NCBI GenBank assembly: GCA_023920165.1
Contig: CP089281.1
Location: forward strand, 1,426,001 to 1,490,000
DNA from: Curvularia clavata
Taxonomy: Eukaryota
DNA: 64,000 nt
Direction of reading: 5' to 3'
Shown here: one piece after another, positions 35,922-50,400 of the stretch
Layout: each line of letters starts with the position of its first letter
How positions within the stretch are numbered: the stretch's first letter is position 1
The notes under the pieces: generated by a model
Seen by the model: the letters and a program-made list of their open reading frames with translations, nothing else
Databases searched by the model: none
What the model was told of the DNA's origin: nothing
Translations under genes and position numbers: made by a program

Positions 35922-38261
35922 TCAAAGGTACAGGCGACCCCGGTTGAGTTTCCGCATGGGCGTACCAGCAGCGAGCGCAATGTGCCCGACATCTTTGTCG
36001 CCACATACATCGCCGATATACACCTCAAGGTCTTTCAGAAGCCTAGCTCTTTCCATCGCATCAAGGGTAGTGCCTCCTCGAGGCACATTTAGGTAGGGGT
36101 TTTCGTATGTCATACTCGTTACGAACCCAAACATTTCTGGACCCAGTGTTTTCCGTTTGAGTACAAGTGATGCAGCGCCTACTAAAAATATCGACACGGC
36201 GGCAATGAACAGCAACCCAAGCCAAGCAAAGTTGCACACGTAGATTGCGTGCGTTTTACTGATGGTCGCATTTGTAGTGGCTCCGATAAAGTACAAGGAC
36301 GAGTCGTGCGTCTTCAGGTCGAAGAGTCTCCACCAATTCTCGAATGTAGTATTTGCTGTGGTGACGTTGCTAGGTAAGTAGACATCGACGTCTTTCACCG
36401 GCATCGTATCGGGACCAAAAGCCGAGAAGTTGCTCTGGGGTAAATTCCCCAAGTACGCGTTAGGCGCAAGGGTAAGCTGATAGTACGTGTTGAGCACAAG
36501 AGCAAATCTCCTCGAGAAGTCTTCTGGAGTCAACTCTGACAGGTTTACCCATCCCGGGTTGTCACCTAACATAGTTGTAGGTGATGCCAACTGAAAAGAG
36601 GTGGTGTTATAGATGAACTGTTCGGTTGGATTAGAACCTCTAGACCAACCAAAGGCTTTTGGGAATGCAGCAAGTGCCAGACTCGCAATCAAGGCGTGGT
36701 CAAATGGTGTGACTCTGGTGTCCCGAAAATCAGATAGGGACCGGCGAACTTTGACAGCGGCGCAGTTGTCTTCCGTACACTCGACTATCGTCTCGGTATG
36801 ACTTTGACCTAGGGAGCAATTGGTGATAGATAAAGTGGTGTTGTCCAGTGGCCCGAAACCAAAGCTTGAGGCGTAGGTCAACTTGCGTTTCTGGAACTCC
36901 CGGCCAATCATGGACGCATTGATATAGCCACTGAAAGAGCTGAAGCGGCCATCTCCGTCATCGCCTCCCTGGGTAATTGGGAGGTCCGTCTGGAGAAAGA
37001 ATGTTGACCTCTTCCCTCCAGCCACATTGTCACTGCCCCAGGGGTTGTTGGTGACAGACATGTTCTTCCAAATTTGCCCTGGTACGAGTTTCCCGAGGTT
37101 GTAGAAGTCAGTCATCGACTGAAGGATACGCGTTTCCCACGGCTCGCACTGCAGAGTGAGTTGGCTTGTCTCTAGACTGAATTTACCGTCTCTATCTTTT
37201 GGGCGACCCATGACAGGTATGCCAACCAGGGATACGTAGTCTTCAGGCTTTGTTGAATTCGGGCTGACGGTGATCCATTCACTGGTTTTGTTTTCATTCC
37301 CCTCGCGGTACTCCATGTATGGAATCTTGACATTTCCCCAAGTGTCTTCGGGTCCTTTTTTAACTTTGTCTGAACCCATTAGAGCCGCAGCGTATAACGC
37401 TTCTACCTGGCTCAAGCTTCCGTCGGTTTCAATGTAAGTTCCACTGCTCATTGCCCAGGCTGCGCTACCTGGACCGGTCGAGAGATAGCGGAGAGGCGAG
37501 TAAGTATCGAGAGTGCGAGTAGATGTACTCATCAGACGAAGCGACGCCTGGCCGCCTAGGGGAGACATGGCCCAGAGGAATAGTAGGTTTACGCCCACGA
37601 GTGTCACTCGGCGCATCAGCATTTGACTTTCAACTGTACCCCACACAGATTGACTCGCCATTAGCAGTTCCAGGGTCTAGAGAACATCATGGTTAGTACG
37701 TTTGTTCCCATTTTGAACATCAAGATTTCGATGCCTCACGCTGAGTTTTGCCCCCTTCTCCGCTAGATATCTTGCAACCATTTTCATACTACGCCCGCTT
37801 ATGGCTGCGAACATGATTGGGAACAATGTAGGGCCCTGGGTTGATCAGTACAAACACACTAACTGAACTGACTGATCACTGACAAGTTGAATCGCCTGAG
37901 TGACTTTTGACGCAAAGTCGTTATCAGCAACAGCCTTTCCATTTAGTGTGATAACTGCAACACCGAGGACTAAAGAATCTTAACGGAATATTCAAGTACT
38001 TAGAGCCAACCACCTACGGATAAAATAGATGGGAAGCAGGACCAGGATGATGTCTGCCACAAGGTATAGCCATGAAATCCAGTCGTGCTGCTTCAGTGTC
38101 TGTGCCTCCTCAGGCCAGCTCGGAATGCTTGTTACTGTCGCTTCTGTAGTTTTCGGCCTGGGTGCTACCGGGGTCGGTTGTGCCTCGGGTGTCTCTTCTG
38201 CTATCGAACCCAGGACATGACGTCGGAATGGATTCCATCGGGAACTGGTTGTCGTGCTCAT
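35922..38261 (-). CDS. Uncharacterised multi-pass membrane glycoprotein (3 short introns in the 5' part)
   Basis: 579-aa terminal ORF with TM segments and many N-x-S/T sites. Upstream exons (LGPTLFPIMFAAISGR, LELLMASQS) are joined by GT..AG introns. Confidence 0.8.
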
Positions 38262-39506
38262 GGTTGCTGATGCGCTTCGTCACACGACGCTTCGAGGCCA
38301 AAGTCGTGTAAGCAGATGCGGCTGATGGTTCGCGGGCAGCGAACACCTTTCTTTTGCATGCCATCCATGCGGCACAGCAATAGCGAGTCCCCAGCATGGC
38401 GCTAACAGAGTGTGCCTTGGATAGGAGCGCGCTTCAGAGGGGTGCTACGTTGGGGCGCTCTCAGCGAATCGGTTGGTGGGGTGAAACTCGAAGCGCCCGG
38501 CGAGCCCCAGTAAATGTCCGCGGGTACCTGCCGGAGACCGACGGTAACTAGAGGACCTGCATGCATAACAGATGCTGTGAAATGTCCGTCATTCATCCTG
38601 AACTGCGACGAGGCTTTTGGCTTGATGGATGAACAGATCGAGTGACGTAGTCACATTGGTGTGTAGGGGGCTTGGGAGACGCGTGCCAAAGTACAGGTGC
38701 GTGGAAGCGTCACCTGAGCACTTGTCCAATCCCCAACAAGAGCACGGCCTTCCCCTGCCTACAAACTAACTTCACGGTACGGGACGGGACGGCGTTCCAA
38801 ATGTGCAAGAGATAGCCGCCACAGCTACGCCTGTTGCGATGCGCGACCGTCGATCCACCTGCACTACAGGGCTGTCAGTATCGTCGCAGCCCACCTCAAC
38901 CACTATGTATTCACAGTGCACTTCGACGACACCAGTCACTTATCTCTTAATTGCTTAACGAAGAATCTATATCGCAGGACATGTCCAGGATACTGTGGTC
39001 GCTATCTAGGCCATGATTGTCTTAGAACATGTCACGCAGGCCACTTGAGCATGTGGCGCGGACTATTCGGGCCTCGTCTACAGAAGGCTCACTCAGCGCA
39101 TCAAGTCCACGCGCGAAGCAGCAACTCTGGAGGTATTTTGAGGAACGAGCGACTCAGTGGGCTTCAGGTCCCTTATGACTATTCTGACACATCTCCCCAT
39201 GGGCTCATTTGGCACTCGTGTGGTGGTCAGTACGAGCCACACCCATCATGAGGTTTCAGGCGCCACGTGAAGGGGCGCAAGCATGCGACTGCCAACACCG
39301 GGTCCTGAATGTACTCATGAGACACCAAATGCGAATACATCCCTTTCACCTGAGTTCGTAGTCGCTGTATGATCTGGTGTAGAAATAGTTGCCTGGCGTT
39401 TCGGCTGTTGTCAGGCGCAAGATGTAGCCTTTCATTTGATTCACACACACACTCTCCTTTCACTTCGCACACTCAACCCATTTTTCATACTCCTACTTTT
39501 GTCGAA

Positions 39507-40832
39507 ATGAAGCCAGAAACAGAGGAAGCAGTTCAAGCGGTATGTGAATATCCAAAATCTAGCAGTCCAGCAGGTCGACCATGATAAAGTACTGATTGAG
39601 TATTTGCAGGCCAAAGGCTTACTCCTAGACTTGGTCCTTGTCGCGTCGCTTGTACGAACATTGACTGACTCCTTTGGATCAGCAAGCGACCTGTATCAGA
39701 GGCTCAAGCGCAAGTCCAGTCCCATCGACAGCGACGATGATGAAGACGACAGATTTCACATCCTTTCGCGCAGGCGCCGCGACTCTGGGTTCAGTTCATC
39801 AAGGAGGAACAAAGACGCGTACGACAGCGAAGGAGAGATCATATTCACATCTTCTACACAAATTCGAGCCGAATATGAGCACGGATATCGAAAGTTAGGA
39901 GAGTCTTTTGCGCGCGGTGATGGTATGACCTTGCTTTAACTCGAACGGCTGGTCACTAACACGATATAGCTACGGCGCAGATCCAGCTGCAGTCACAGAT
40001 TATACAGCTCCAGCAAGTGGTGATCTCTATCCACCAAGACCTGATGGTGAGCTCGTATATCGCGCCCTCGTCTACGCACTCACACCTCGTCCGCCTCGTT
40101 CAAACCACACGGACAGCACGCGCAGCCTCGATCGCAGCGCTGAGCATGCAGTACCAGCGTATGCTACCTCCGCCACCACCATCGCCCAGACTACCAGATC
40201 CGCCGTGTAGTCCCCCTGGCGCTTTTCCGGAACCCGAGGGCACCTGGCACACGACGAAGCCATTCAAGCCGAGGCGGCGCACTGGTGACAGCTCTAGCTC
40301 ATCGACTTCCTCGGAAGACAAGGAGATTAAGATCCAACCGTTTCCATTCCCAGTATCGAAGCCGAAGCCAGAACCGAAGCCAGCGCCAAAGCCAGAGCCC
40401 AAGCCGAAACCCGATGACAGGCCTCGTCCCCCGACGCCGTCCAACAATCGACTCTTCTGCATCTACGCCAAAGAGCTGCAAGATAACCCCAGGATGCCTC
40501 TAGCCTCCGCCTACAAGCCCTGCGGTGACGGAAAATGCCCATTTTGTCGCACATACCTATCTATGCGGACGGGAAAGATCTGGGAAATCGTGGTGGACAA
40601 CTGCCTCGAGTCCAAATACTATCCCCACAGGCCGGACTACCGCGTCTTCCGCATCAAGAACCGCTTCATTGTAAAATCGCACCGCGAGAACGGCGGTTTC
40701 GCATGCGTTCTCTGCGCCCGATTCCGACGTTTCGACATGTTATGCGCAGACATTGGGTCACTGATGGACCACCTATGGCGCGAACACTCTGGCGACGAAC
40801 TAGCATGGGACTACGACATTGTCGAGTGCTGA
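39507..40832 (+). CDS. Hypothetical protein with Pro-rich PKPE repeats and a C-terminal Cys/His (zinc-finger-like) region
   Basis: MKPETEEAVQA|AKGLLL joined by an intron, second intron near 39.92-39.97 kb. CPFC and FACVLC..LMDHLWREH. Confidence 0.7.
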
Positions 40833-40965
40833 ACGCAGCGTTTTTTGATATCTGCTTTCCCCTCACGGCCTACCAACGATACCCACATTTGCATTAATGA
40901 ACATTTTCCTTTGTTAGTTGATTAGGTACTCATAATTAGTCGTTAAATTACACTGCATCTTGCCT

Positions 40966-42039
40966 CTAAAAGACTGCCATGACTTCCACATCTGCTCGCA
41001 CACCCCTGATCTTCAGTGACCCCCTCTTGGTGTTGTCAGCATCGCACACAGACACGCTATTGAAATACCACATATGCGCGCTCGCATCTACCAATAGCCA
41101 CTTCATATTTCCCCGAAAGCTCACTGCTCCCTGGAATACCTGGACATCGCCAGTCTGCACATCCTGCCCATTCGGCCTATCGATATAGTACTCGGGACTC
41201 GTATGCACGTATCCCATTGTCAGGAGCGGTAGTTTAGGAACGGGATCGTTCCAGTGCGTGATGCGGTAGTTGCCTCCGCTTTGCTTGGAAATGTAGTCAC
41301 TGATCTTTGTTCCGCCTATGCGCGGCGAGCCATATGTATACAACGCTGCTGTCTGACCCGCGTTGCGCATGCTGGCTGCGGCAAGGGCAGCGATGGCGCC
41401 ACCGAGTGAATGCCCCGTTACGCGGAGTTGGTACGATGGGTTTGCGGCTGTGGCCTGCGCGACGGCGGGCAGCACATGGTCGCGGGCATCGACCCAGGAC
41501 TGCCAGAATCCATGGTGGGCCGAGCATGAGGCACAGATGTCGGTCTTGGTCATACCAATCTCGAAGTTTGTAATCCAGTTATCGGGAGTCTTGCTGCCCC
41601 GGAAGGACACAATGATGAGTTTGTTGGTGTGGTCGGCTGCAATGTAACCTGTTACATCTGTGGATGTATCTTCTCTAGAGAGTTGGTTAGTCTTTGAGCG
41701 TCGCTTGAAAACTGGACTTGTTTGACTTACTCATTGTATTCGTCTACAGTCTTTGAATCTGCGCCTTGAACGAGCGGGCACTTTCCGCTAGCACAGTCGA
41801 CCTTATCACCAGGCGAGTTATAGTTCTCTGAGCAGTAGGCTGCTGATGCATACTGTCCCATCAATTTCATGTCACTGAGAAGATTATCGGCAATGCCTGT
41901 TCCTTCATGTTAGAACGCTGTACAGAAACAACAGACTCGGCCGAATAGTCGTACCTCTCTTCTCAACAGTGACTGGAGAAGCATTACTGGTAAAAGCGCT
42001 TAGCAGCGCAGCAATAGCGAGTGACGAAAAAGAACGCAT
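40966..42039 (-). CDS. Secreted class-3 lipase (2 introns)
   Basis: Signal and propeptide MRSFSSLAIAALLSAFTSNASPVTVEKR, QYASAAYC, SFRGS, GHSLGG nucleophile, YTYGSPRIG and HWNDPVPKLP. Confidence 0.93.
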
Positions 42040-43887
42040 GGTGTACAAGGAAAATAAGCTGACTTATAAAAAGAATGACTATGGACCTGTGACTGGACAA
42101 AAGACAGAGAACCCCAAGATAACTCGCCAATAAGTTGACAGGAACCATTCTCATATAAACAATATCCACATTTGCTTTCCCTCCTAGTCATGTTGGGTTC
42201 CCGAACAAACAAACGCCGTCGAGCAGAAAATCAAGTCCAGACTTCCGAATGCGGAATTACCAACCGCCACGCTGCGACACATTCCTTCTGCGGGTCTTTG
42301 GAATCATGGGTCTTGCCAGAGTCATTGGAGCGTTAATGTGTCAAGAGGCTTTGCTTCACACTGGGTGTGTCTAATTTGGGAGCGACTTCTGGACTGTGAT
42401 TGGCTGGATGCACACACGCCCGATCCTGCTAGTTCAATTGACGGCGCGTGCCTAGCGCTAAAGAATGGGACTTGGCCGCGAGAGGTATGATTTTGATTAA
42501 TCGAGAAAAATGTGACACTGACAGTTCGTTTAGTCTAGTTTAGTCTCCGTAGTGTAGGGCGGATAGGTACAGTGAAATGGAACCACTTTATATAGATATC
42601 GATCTGTAGCCCGGTTTCAGCAGTAGGGACCTTCCTCATGAATTGAAATGTCGCAGTTCCTTGTCTATGTTCGCCGATACCTTGTTCTGATAGGGGTGTT
42701 TGAGTATAACCGATGTGCGTGAAGTTTCATGCAGGATTTAAAGTGTTGCATGGGCGCCTTCCTGAGTCTAAATATTATCGCATAAATATGTGACTATACG
42801 GCAACAATCAAGCGCTGTCCGAGTATCAGAGCTTGTCAGCGCTTCTGATTTCAAACCGCCTAATTTCTGACCAGAAGTTTGTCTCGATGCTCGTCGAGAA
42901 GCGATGGTTTGGGAACATGATGGCTGAACCTTAGTGGAGAGACATGGCAAAGTATATTTAACTTATATATCGACTTATCGTTACTACAGCGCGAACTGTA
43001 CCACTCTAGGTCCTAGGATACCTGTTCATGGCTTCAACAATGGTCTGCATTCTCACATCCGGCAGTGCTTATCCACATAACTGGTATGGACTGCTCTTTT
43101 TTTTTGAACAACCAAACATCATGAAAAAGTTGCACAAACTAGCGCTCTTTGTCAGTTGTGTCCATCGGATAGTGAGGTATGACGATTTGTGATCTCGAAT
43201 TGAGCAACCCACAGTTCTCGAGGTAAGTGATTGGCCTATTTTTTCACAAAGATGAATCAATGCGAACAACTCTTTTGAATTGTTTTTAGGATCCGAAGTA
43301 AAGACATGCGGTGTTAATACAGATCCAAATCTAGAAATGTCGCTAAGGTTTTTGGTGTTCGTAAGGTTGTGTCGTGTCAGTCAAAATGGACTTGGATACG
43401 GGCAGACTTCTAAGATCTGATGTGAAGTGCATGAAAGATGTCGAGGTCTACGTTCGTATACAAAGGATGCTCGTGCATGTCGTATGTCGCTGATTTTCAA
43501 TCAAGCATTCGAGGAGATTGCAATGAGATTCTTGTACATACATGGAAAATATCTTGTCGGATCGATGGTTCTAGGCCACGCGGGGTACGCACGCAGTTGA
43601 TGTTCGCCACTAGGAGATACAGAAGTGGATCTCCAGGGGCACGCTAAACCATTCAGTCACCGCCCTGCTGCTGCTTGGCGGCACCACCTCGCTTCCATTA
43701 CACGACGACCCTGTGCAGACCTCTGTCCCAGACTTGTACATTGCTCTTGGATTCCATGTTTCGCTCATATATCTAGTGTTCTGCGGAGCCTGTTCTTTTT
43801 CGGTTTAGCGAGCTTGCTCTTTCCGCTGTGGCCATCACACCACCCCGACATAGCCCTCTACACCTAACCTTTCGTATCACACACACG

Positions 43888-45376
43888 ATGGGCAAACTCG
43901 CTTTTCCTTTCGACCCAAAGCTCACTTCCCAGGACCGCATCATACTGAATATCCTACAAAAAGAATATGAGCTACATGGGGATGCGGCGGCCGGACCGCC
44001 ATCAGATGCAGATGAAGATTCTGACGACTCGGGTATCAAACACTCCAAGATTATAACGCCATCACCAGAAGGTACGTTGCTCTCTCAGCAGTGGATTCCT
44101 TTCTTCAAACCAAAGTGCTTCAATTTCATTTGGGTAATGCGGGGCTAACCCTTGTAGACCTCCAAGATCAGGAACAACAGGCAATTAATCATTTCAAAAA
44201 GCTCAATGACCCGAAATCCGCTAGTTTTGAGCCTACGGTATTTTGCATGGTTGATGAAGCCAACATCAAAAATCCCTTCCTGCGACAATGGATTATCGAT
44301 CCCTACATCCGCTGGGCTAGAGGCGTGGTCCGAGTAGAGACCGACGTTGTCATGATTACCCATCTCCTCCTCTATTTCTGTACCAGCGTCCCATCAGCCA
44401 TCTACCTCTACATCAACTTTCACTGGTGGCACGCTCTGCTCCATTGCGTCATGCAAGGCTGGTACATGGGGCCATTCACCCTACTGAAACATCAACACAT
44501 CCATATGCGTGGTGTACTGAATCAGAAGTACAACCTAATCGACCGGGCCTTCCCGTACATCCTGGACCCGTTGATGGGTCACACCTGGAACTCGTATTAC
44601 TACCACCACGTCAAGCACCATCATGTGGAAGGCAACGGGCCCAATGACCTCTCTTCCACTATTCGTTATCAGAGGGATAGTGTTTGGGACTTCGCGCAAT
44701 ACGTCGGTCGCTTCTATTTCCTCGTTTGGTTCGACTTGCCTATGTACTTTGTGCGTACTGGTAAGCTCAACCTTGCGCTTCAAGCTGGTGCATGCGAATG
44801 GAGCAACTACATTTTCCTGTACCTCATGTACAGTTATGTCAACGCTCGCTCAACAGTTTTTGTCTTTTTGATTCCTCTCGCCTTTATGCGCTTGGCTCTC
44901 ATGACGGGCAACTGGGGTCAGCATGCGTTTGTCGACGAGGTCGAACCGGATTCAGACTTTCGATCCAGCATAACGCTCATTGACTCAGTGGTAAGTATAG
45001 GATGAGCAAGGCAATATCGCATATCAGCCTAACACTTTTACAGAGTAACAGAGATTGCTACAATGACGGTTATCATACCTCTCACCACCTGAACCCACTT
45101 CGCCATTGGCGCGAGCATCCGGTCGCGTTCCTTTCTCAAAAGAAGCAGTACGCCGACGAGCACGCAATTGTGTTCTACAACATTGATTACTTCTTTCTCA
45201 CGATCACTCTCCTGCGAAAGGACTACGAGCATCTCGCAAAGTGCTTGGTACCAATCGGCGATCAGAAGAAGCTTACCCTTGAGGAAAAAGTGGAAATGCT
45301 AAAGCGCAAGACAAAGAGGTTCACAGAAGAGGAGATTGCAGAGAAGTGGGGAAAGCAGTATGCTAAGAAGAAGTAA
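43888..45376 (+). CDS. Membrane fatty-acid desaturase-family protein (2 introns)
   Basis: Histidine boxes HQHIH, HHVKHHH and GYHTSHH, plus NWGQHAF. TM stretches and a C-terminal KKK. Confidence 0.85.
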
Positions 45377-46053
45377 ATAGCTTGCACGGGGCTTGTATAG
45401 ATGTGTGTCTGCGTAACTTCGAAGAGCGCTCTAAATGTTATTTGGTCATTGGCTTAACTTTTATTCTCCTTGCAGCATTTCCAACAGGGATTCATGCTCT
45501 TCGAATCTTTAAAGGACCAAAGGTAGATTGAGTCAGGCTTTGGAGACCCTGGGACCGCGAGATGGTCTACATATAGGTCTCAAGATGACACGGAAGGCCG
45601 ATGAAGTGCGGCCGCCTTAACAGGACGCGAATGCTTGTTCGTCCTCTTTGAACAGTTGATCCTCTCCCAGCGTCTGAAAATAGTGGACGGAGTCGAGGAG
45701 AGTGCAAGTGTTCCACGGAGCGCCTTTGCTGTTCTATCGTGGGTCTCATAAGTGATGTACCAATGTCCCACGGAGTGAAGCTACCGAACTTGAATAGTTC
45801 GGTACCCAAACAGAACCACGTCTATGGCAATCGAGACAATAACGTCTGCAAGGGGCATATGGCTCTTGGCGAAAGACCACATGCCGTTAAGACCGGAAGT
45901 CCCAGCGTTGAATGTAAAGCATCGAGCCATATTCCCAAGTTGAAAGCATGAAGCTGGCGAAACGAGACATCGCAGTACCCGTTCTTCCTTTGAGAACCTC
46001 ATCCGCGCATGGCCCTTCTTTTCCCACCAAAAGTCCATATTCCCAGCCCTCTT

Positions 46054-46425
46054 TTACTCTCTTCTCCTAGCCCCGAACCATCCACCCATCCACGTCCCCC
46101 TCCGCCTCTTCCCACCTCTACCCCCTTCCTCCACACTCGCGTCTCCCTCTGCATATCCTTCCTCTCCCTTCTCTTCTTCGTCTTCCCTTCCTTTCCTCTT
46201 CTCTTTCAGAAACCTCGCCTCCCTCTCCACCACGGCCTTGGCCATCTTCCACATCATCCACGTCTGACACGCACTCGAAACCAGCAGCAGCATCAATACA
46301 ACCAAACAGGCCAGGAAAAGGAACAGTGCTATAACGGTGGGCTCATTGCTTGGGGGAGGCGGCGGCGGCGGGAAGCGATTGGGCATGCTTGATGCATCCT
46401 TTGAGAATTCGTGGAGAGAAGGCAT
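46054..46425 (-). CDS. Possible small single-TM protein
   Basis: ATG start, poly-Pro, a clean hydrophobic segment VIALFLFLACLVVLMLLLV and a charged tail. The low-complexity context could also produce this by chance. Confidence 0.4.
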   Translation of the reverse strand: MPSLHEFSKDASSMPNRFPPPPPPPSNEPTVIALFLFLACLVVLMLLLVSSACQTWMMWKMAKAVVEREARFLKEKRKGREDEEEKGEEGYAEGDASVEEGGRGGKRRRGTWMGGWFGARRRE

Positions 46426-47485
46426 GGTGGATAGATGAATTGCGTATGTGGTGTAAAAAGTCCCAGTAGGGGGGAGGATCTAAGGAGTAAAGAAGAGGAA
46501 GAAAGAGAAGAAGACTCGACACACGTACTCCGCCAAACCCAATATATCAAGCGGAGTTTTCCGCTGTGCCTTGATGCGACGACACACGTACGGAGAAAGA
46601 GTGCACGACATTCCGCGTTGCTTATATATCTGCCGTCAAACGATACGAAGCCATTTCCCCTCCCAGCAAGGGTGTTCCCCGCGGGTTTCCCACGCGTTCC
46701 CCATTTATTTTTTTCGCGGTGCTCGGAAATGTGGGGAATCCATTATCGCGTTGTCGTAATCAGGGGGCGTCGCAGATTGGTTTCAAGCAGATATTGGAAG
46801 GTAAGGGGGGTGCGAATTGGGTGCGGGGAAGATCCTTGTTTTTTTTTTTGCCGTCGGTCCTGTGGTGTAGGAAAGCGGGATACAAAGACGGAGGGAAAGA
46901 AGAAGCGAAGGACAGACGAGAGAGTATGTTAGTAAAACGCATGAAACTGTTGACTATTTGACTACGTATGTCTGCATTTTTTTTTCTCTCCCCCCTTTGC
47001 CTCGTCCTCGCCATCAAAAACATGATACATATGAAATCAAGGAGAAAAGAGATACCACGCTATGCTCGGAAAAGACATACATACGTACATACATACATTC
47101 ACACTACGCACTTTGTTACTCTCCTGGGGAATAGTATCGAACCGATCAAGCCCTATTAACCGCAGCCATTGAAAACCCAGTCATCAAAAGTCGTTACTCT
47201 AGTAGTAATGAATTGTCCCAGCTGATTTTCCCTTCGTATCAAATAAAAGGAAGACAACGAACTCCTTCAACAAACAAACAAAAAAAGAGAAGAAGAAAAA
47301 GCAATTTTCTGTAATCAAAGGTATTTGTGGTTGTCCAGCCCAATGTAGAAGGGTAATGTGGCAAATGAACAAGTCCTTGCAATGAGGGGAAGAAGAAGAG
47401 AAGCCCAAGCCAAGAGAAAACATCCCTTGCGAAGCTGAAGGGACGTGCCTCAGGAAACTTTTTCAGAATCGGATACAGCTGCACT

Positions 47486-50400
47486 CTACGCAGCTATCAG
47501 TTCCTCTTCGCCGTTGCGCTCATCATCCTCTACATTCTCATCAACGCCAAACCCAGAGTCCCACTGGCGCCTGGAGCTCTTCTTCTTGCCTTTCTTGCCA
47601 ATCTTGACCTTCTCGCTTGTCTTGGACACCTTGCCGGCGACAACGCGGTGCAGGTCGACGCCTTGAGTCTTGACTTCGATACGCTTCAGCTTCATTTCTT
47701 GTACGGCCTGGAGAGCCTCCTGGTTGCGGCGCTTAAGGTCGTCGGCGAGGCGCTCGTTTTGTTCTTGAAGCTGGCGCTGCGAGGCAGTCAGGGCGTCGAT
47801 GGTAGCGCGTGTGTCTTGCTCGGCGAGGCGGAAGCGCTCCTTCATCTCCTCGATTTGGGCTTCAAGTAGGACAATGGTCTCTACGCGAGCATCGCCGACG
47901 AGACGCAGCTCGGTAATCTCGTTGTTGCGGTCCTCAAGCATCTCCTCGTACTCTGTCGCACGCTTAGCGGATGCGTCTTGGAGGTTCTTGATTGTTGCCT
48001 CATGTGATTTGATGACCGAGTTCAGAGAGTTGACCTGGTCGTTGTGCGCACCGACAATGTTCAAGAGCTCATTGGCCTCAGCTTCCACGCGTCTAGACAG
48101 CGAATCATTCTCTTTGCGGTAGCTTTCGTTGTCGGCCTTCTGGTTGGCCAGGTCTTCCTCGAGAACATCAATCTTCTCCTGGAGGGCGGTGGTATCCTCG
48201 AGGTACACCCGCTCCTTCTCAGCGACCTGCTCGACAAGATCCTCAATCTCAGCCTGCTGACGCTGCACCTGGTTATTGAGGTCGATGATGTTGGCTTGGA
48301 GAGACGCGATGGTCGAGTTGGTAGAGTTCTCCAAAGCGGCGTACTTGTTCGTGAGGTCTGCGAGTTGAGTACCGAGGTTGGCGACTTGGACATCGCGGTC
48401 TTCCTCGAGCTGGTTGCGTGCTTCTGTCATGTCTGTAAGGTTGCTCTCAAGCGTTGAGAGATCTCCTTCCAGTTGCAGGATCTGTTGTTCGAGTTCGCCA
48501 ATAGTCTTCTCAGCGTTCTCCCGCTCCTGAGACTCGGCCTCAAGCTGGTTATTGAGTTCGTTCTCGCGCTCCTCTGCCTCCTCCTCAAGCTCGGCGATCA
48601 CTGTCTCCTTCTCTTGCTGCAACTGAAACAGCTTCGAGCGAAGCTCGTTAGCCTGAATGCCGGTGTCGCGGAGACGGTTGTTGAGGTCTTCGATCTTCTC
48701 GTTAGCTTCTTCCAAATCAGCCTCGGTCTTTTCGCGTTGAGTGCGCTCAGCAGCCAGGTTCTCTCGGTAATCATTGAGCTGCTCCTTGAGTTCGGTAACA
48801 GTATCCGTGAGGTTCTCGATCGTATTGGCGTGCTTGTAGACCAGCTCAATCTGTTCATCCCGCTCGTTCTCGGCAGTTTCGCGGGCTGCGATTTGTGTAG
48901 CCAAGCGTTCCCTGAGTGTGCTCATATCGGTGGTGATCTTGTCGACATCAGCTTCCATGCGTTCAATGCTCTCTTCCAGTTCCTGAATGTGCGCATTCTT
49001 TTGAGCAACATCGGCTTCGGCAATCTCACGGCCTTCTTGTTCTGCAGCACGCATATCCTCTAAGTCGGCCATAGCATCGGCGTGTTCCTTCTCCATGCGA
49101 GCAATGGTTTCGTGGTGAGTAGCCTCGAACTCAGTAGCTGCGGTAGTGACGTTGTCCAAGTCCTGGCGGAACTTTTCGAGGGCTTCTTCGAGCTGCGCCA
49201 GTCTGTGCAAGTGAATTGCCTTTTCGTCTTCAAGAGCGACAATGTCAGCATCTTGTTTGGTCAGCTGAGCCTCTTGTTCATCGTTGAGGGCAGTCAAATT
49301 GGCATTGCGCTCCTCAAGCTCGAGGATATTGCGTTGCTTGTCTTCGTTTGCCCTGTCAAGCGTGAAAACGTCGGACTCGAGCTGCTTTATCCGCTCCTCG
49401 GATTCGCCAAGCAGATCCAGTACACCTTCGTACTGTCGTCGAAGAAGGACCTCGGTCTTCTGAGAGGCATTGAGCAGGGTAAGCTTCTCCTTCAGCTCAA
49501 AGAAGAGGCCGCCGAAGAGCTCAGGAATCTTTTGAAGAAGCTGTTGGGTGGTGATACCACTTGTGGTACCTGGAAAGAACTTCTCCACCTCGGCGCGGAG
49601 GTCCTCGAATCCATGTCGCAATTCAGCCAGGATCTCGCTGGATGATGCGCCAGCCTCGACGAAGCGCAGATTCTGTAGCTCGATTGTGATCAAGCGTAGT
49701 GCACCTTGAGACTCGCCCAGGGCCTTGCTCAGCTGCTGCAGCTCCCGTTCGTAGCGCTCAATAGCTTCATCCTCAATCTTGTCCATCATGACTTCCTCAC
49801 CCTCGGTCAAGTAATCGCGGTTGAGCTGGGAGAGGGTCGGCAGAGACTCGAGGGTCATCTGGCTGGAGATTTCGAGCGCACGAGATGTGTATTTGCCGTT
49901 GGGTAGGGGCTCCATGTCCAAGTCCTGCGACATGTGTAGGTCCTCGGGGTCAACCATGACGAGTGCGTCCTCGTCGTCGTCGGAGAAGGTGACGGGCTCG
50001 GTGTCGTTATCGCCACCGTTGTACAGTGAGGATGCGCGAAGCTCGTCAATTTGTTGGCGAGCCTCATCCAGCTGCACCTGCAGCTCGTCGGCGTGTGCGT
50101 CGCTAAGGTCAATCTCTCCAAGGCGGCGAGCTTCGAGGCGGTACTCGAGGTCCTTGATTTTCTCGTCCTGTTCACGCAGCTGGCGGCGCAGCTCCAAGAA
50201 CAGCTTCTTGTCCTTCTTCTGGTGGTCTTCGAAGCTGTTGACCTCTTGGCTGAGGTGGCTGCGACGAAGGCGGCGTCTGGCACGGCTATCAAGTACTTGT
50301 GTGAGAGGCGCAAACTGGACGCGGTTGCCGTTGTGCTCGTCAATTTCATCTACGCGCTCAACGTGAAGTTGGGCGGGCATGGACATGCGAGAACGGCGGA

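Noticed and set aside
47075..47100. (CATA)n microsatellite and nearby poly-A/T runs
   Set aside because: Ordinary simple repeats in 3' UTR/intergenic DNA.
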